Positions 60,804 through 64,000 of a stretch of DNA of 64,000 nt are shown one piece after another (the stretch's first letter is position 1; the number at the start of each line of letters is the position of its first letter). The position numbers were made by a program, and so were the translations under genes. Location: positions 288,001 through 352,000 of the forward strand of contig CAVYNY010000010.1 in NCBI GenBank assembly GCA_963769935.1, in the 5' to 3' direction. Below the pieces are notes generated by a model that ran no database searches, was not told the origin of the DNA, and worked only from the letters and a program-made list of their open reading frames with translations. Source of the DNA: an uncultured delta proteobacterium (GTDB taxonomy: Bacteria > Desulfobacterota > Desulfobacteria > Desulfobacterales > JAFDCJ01).

Positions 60804-62755
60804 TAGCAAATCGATTTATAATCACATTGCTGTCGGCGGCAGGCGTATTCATTGTTTTATTGTTCGGTTCCCAGACCCAAGCGACGGATAAAGAAAATTG
60901 CCTTATGTGCCACCGGCATCGATTCATCGGCCGAATCGATGCCAACGGCAAACGCTGGAATTATAATGTTGATGAAATCCTTTACAACAAAAGTGTCCAC
61001 AGACTCGTCGAGTGCCGGGAGTGTCATACTTACATTACCAGGATTCCCCATGATCCGGTAACCCAGCTGGTCAATTGTGGGAACCAGTGCCATATCAAAC
61101 CGCCCTTTGCTCAGAAAAAATTTTCCCATCAAAAAATTATCGGACTATACAACCAAAGCGTCCACGGCATCAAACCCCAGGACCTGGACATATTAAAGCA
61201 TTCCAAGCCCTACTGCAAATACTGTCATCAGAACCCCCTGTACACCGGCATCCCCGAAAAGCTCGTGCCCTTCGAGCAAACCGTCAGCCGCTGCTATAAC
61301 TGCCATTCGCCGGTCGACGTCACCCAGGCCTTTCGGCATATCGCGCATCGACTTCGCAAGCGGACCTCCCGCTCACCGCAACAAATCGTGCAATTGTGTT
61401 CACAATGCCACGGGGACGCCAACTTAATGAAAAATCTGAAGGTTGCGCCAATGGTATTGAAGGCCGTAAAAACCTATAATCAATCCATTCACGGTGAGTT
61501 GGTGCGGTTGGGTTCCAGGCAGGCGGCCGACTGCCTGGCCTGTCATGCCTCCAGTGAGCTGCATGATATATTTAAGGAAGACAACCCTAAGGCCACCATT
61601 TATAAAGACAACCTCGCCAAAACCTGCAAGCAGTGCCACAAAAGCACCAATCCCTGGTTTATACGAATCGCGGTTCATCCGGGAATGCACCAGGAAGCAA
61701 ACCCGGTCGTTGCCGGAACGAGCATGGCATTCAGATTCATCTTGTACGGCGCTGTTTTAGGTATGCTGGGCCTTTTGCTGTTGGAGACGATCGGCCGGCA
61801 TAAAGACGGCATCAAACTGGTGCTGAAAAACGGCACGACCTGGCGCAGGAAAGCAAATCACAGCCCCGATGAGCAAATAAGCAAAACAGACCGGCCGGCA
61901 GGGTCCGCTATATTAAATCAGCCCTTGATATCCTACGCCATCGGATCCATTTTTATCGTGCTGTCACTTGCGGTCCTGGCAGGTATTATTTACCATCTTA
62001 CCATCTCCTCCCACGGCCCCGGCCTGTTGAAACCTTTTTGGGATGAATATGTGGCGCCACCCAAATCGGAAATTATTGATGAAGCCCGGCGTCAAGAAGA
62101 GATGGAAAAACACAGACATTTTCATATTATTGCCCCTGAATACCCGCGATGGCCCGAGAAATTACGTCCTGTTTGTTTTATATGCCATTCCGACTTTCCC
62201 CATAGTAAAAATAAACGGACCCGGAGTTTGATGAATCTTCATACCCAATTTTTAGTATGTGAAACCTGCCATATCAAGGAGAAGCCGGGAGCGGTCGTGG
62301 TTTACCGGTGGTATGACCCGCTTGAAAAAAATCCAAAAGGTCCTTTTTACGGTACCAGCTATGATCCGCAAACTGAAAGCCTTTCAAGGGGAAAAAATCT
62401 GATGGCCAGAATCGCGCCTTTTAGAAAAATGAACAATACCGGCAAGTTTAAGCCGGAGATCCTGCAGCAGGATGCACCGCTGGCCAGAGACTATATGAAA
62501 GTAAGGGATAAACTCAGCCCCGAAGAGCGGGGGGTCATCAAGAACAAATTTCATGAAAACGTCAAGCCCAAAGGATTCGATTGTAAAAAGTGTCACTCGG
62601 AAAATAGTATTCTTGATTTCAAGAAACTGGGCTTTGCCGACAACCGGGCTTCAAATTTGGAAAAGCTGAGTGTCGTGGGTATGCTGTCCGAATACAAAGA
62701 ATTTTACATACCGGAGTTTTTTTCCGAACCGGGAACCGAGGGTATCGAAAAGTAA
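60800..62755 (+). CDS. 11-heme cytochrome c: fusion of paralogs of 57816 and 59970
   Basis: CLMCH, CRECH, CGNQCH, CKYCH, CYNCH, CSQCH, CLACH, CKQCH, two TM helices, then CFICH, CETCH, CKKCH. Confidence 0.92.
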   Translation: MIANRFIITLLSAAGVFIVLLFGSQTQATDKENCLMCHRHRFIGRIDANGKRWNYNVDEILYNKSVHRLVECRECHTYITRIPHDPVTQLVNCGNQCHIKPPFAQKKFSHQKIIGLYNQSVHGIKPQDLDILKHSKPYCKYCHQNPLYTGIPEKLVPFEQTVSRCYNCHSPVDVTQAFRHIAHRLRKRTSRSPQQIVQLCSQCHGDANLMKNLKVAPMVLKAVKTYNQSIHGELVRLGSRQAADCLACHASSELHDIFKEDNPKATIYKDNLAKTCKQCHKSTNPWFIRIAVHPGMHQEANPVVAGTSMAFRFILYGAVLGMLGLLLLETIGRHKDGIKLVLKNGTTWRRKANHSPDEQISKTDRPAGSAILNQPLISYAIGSIFIVLSLAVLAGIIYHLTISSHGPGLLKPFWDEYVAPPKSEIIDEARRQEEMEKHRHFHIIAPEYPRWPEKLRPVCFICHSDFPHSKNKRTRSLMNLHTQFLVCETCHIKEKPGAVVVYRWYDPLEKNPKGPFYGTSYDPQTESLSRGKNLMARIAPFRKMNNTGKFKPEILQQDAPLARDYMKVRDKLSPEERGVIKNKFHENVKPKGFDCKKCHSENSILDFKKLGFADNRASNLEKLSVVGMLSEYKEFYIPEFFSEPGTEGIEK

Positions 62756-62858
62756 AGAATCCTGGCATAGAGGACCAGGTTTTCGATGATAGAATTAATG
62801 GAAACGGCGGAAAAATTGATGAATTTGTGCTTCACCAGCTTTCCGATAATGCCTTGGG

Positions 62859-63782
62859 CTACCGCAATCCCAGCCGTTGCGCGGCCATGGTCGCTGCACC
62901 GATCATGCCGGTATCGTTACCGAACCTGGCCAGCAGCACATGGGCATTGCGGTATAGCATCGGCCAGGTGAAAACCGGAAGATGACGGCGTACCGCTTCC
63001 AGTAAAGGGTTCCCGGCTTTCGAAATGCCGCCACCGATGATGCAGGCTTCCAGGTTCAACAGATTGATCATGATCCCGAAAGCCTGAGCGATGTATCGGG
63101 CAAGCCTGTCGACAGTTGCAGCAGCTGCCGGCTCCCCCTTCGCTGCCTGATAAAAAATATCCCGGGGCGAAATTCCCATCGACGGCCGTTTGTTTTCAGA
63201 GCCATAAATTTCGACGATTCCGGATGCGCTGGCCAGCCGCTCGAATGTGCCGGGAATGCCGCTGTAATTAACCGGTCCAGCCGGATCCAGACAAATGGCG
63301 CCGATTTCCGGCGGAAGACCATCACGGCCGGTGACCACCCGGCGGTCGACTACCACCCCACCGCCGATTCCGGTGCCGAGCGTAATCAGCACAAAATTGT
63401 CGAATCGGCGTCCGGCCCCAAACAGAAGCTCCCCGCTCGCCGCACAGGTGCCGTCATTGTCGATAAAGGCCGGCAGCCGGAGGCGGTCGCCAAGTGCGGC
63501 GGGAAGCGATCGGCCTTTTAACACCGGCAAATTATGCGTGCCGTCAATCAAAACACCACTGTCGGGCCGCGCGTAACCGGGCGTTGAGATACCCACCGCC
63601 GTCAGCTCGACCTGCGCAGAAGTTTGCAGGATCTGAACGGAGTCACAGACGCTGTCCAGGAGGTCTTCAAAAGGTTTCTTCGGATTGAAGGCCATTTCTG
63701 TTTTGGACATTACGGTTCCGCCTGCGCTAATCAAGCCGATTTTTACCGCCGTGCCTCCGAAATCCAGACCTGCAATGATCAT
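62859..63782 (-). CDS. ROK-family sugar kinase
   Basis: DFGGT, DNDG, TLGTGIGGG, IGGGIS, GMIGAA. Confidence 0.9.
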   Translation of the reverse strand: MIIAGLDFGGTAVKIGLISAGGTVMSKTEMAFNPKKPFEDLLDSVCDSVQILQTSAQVELTAVGISTPGYARPDSGVLIDGTHNLPVLKGRSLPAALGDRLRLPAFIDNDGTCAASGELLFGAGRRFDNFVLITLGTGIGGGVVVDRRVVTGRDGLPPEIGAICLDPAGPVNYSGIPGTFERLASASGIVEIYGSENKRPSMGISPRDIFYQAAKGEPAAAATVDRLARYIAQAFGIMINLLNLEACIIGGGISKAGNPLLEAVRRHLPVFTWPMLYRNAHVLLARFGNDTGMIGAATMAAQRLGLR

Positions 63783-64000
63783 CAGTCAACCCCGCTGGTC
63801 TTGATCTGCAATTTTTTTGAAAGATTCGGGTATCTCATTTTTTCCGGCACTCTTCCCTTTTGTTTTGCCAGGTGCCACGCCAGCAGTTGAAAAGGCACAA
63901 TCGCAGGGATAAGATCCAATTCCGCCAAAGGATCGGTTCGCGGCCATGGCAATTGCAGATCGTGAATGGATAAAGGCTTGCCGGCGAGATTCAGAATCCG
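63782..64000 (-). CDS. C-terminal part of a probable SIS-domain (sugar isomerase/GlmS-like) protein
   Basis: Manual translation ...IPAIVPFQLLAWHLAKQKGRVPEKMRYP...GVD*; stop overlaps the ROK start. Confidence 0.55.
   Translation of the reverse strand, partial: RILNLAGKPLSIHDLQLPWPRTDPLAELDLIPAIVPFQLLAWHLAKQKGRVPEKMRYPNLSKKLQIKTSGVD

Overview
This looks like a bacterial chromosome segment, probably from an anaerobic deltaproteobacterium (Desulfobacterales-like; inferred from gene content only). In order: (1) a ugpBAEC glycerol-3-phosphate transporter flanked by two glycerophosphodiesterases, then tryptophanase; (2) a LytTR/LytS module with a Tat-exported FAD oxidoreductase; (3) a ~16 kb defence/DNA-processing island: MNT-HEPN toxin-antitoxin, two unknown genes, a decayed type I R-M locus with rhuM, an ERCC4/XPF-like nuclease, a four-helix-bundle gene split by a 261-bp structured insertion, and RecQ; (4) small metabolic genes; (5) a same-strand cluster of five envelope proteases from five families (S1C, M16, S41, S10, M50) with glgP and a phosphoketolase relic; (6) a PAS kinase, OprB porin, MBL hydrolase and dapL; (7) a four-gene cytochrome b/multiheme c locus with 22 heme-c motifs and an internal duplication-fusion. 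Intergenic DNA carries several families of palindromes with arms built from 7-10 bp tandem units, plus REP-like elements. Many single-base frameshifts look like sequencing/consensus errors, whereas several large internal deletions look like real pseudogenisation. No rRNA, tRNA or CRISPR array was recognised. All family assignments come from motif recognition by eye; no database searches were run.
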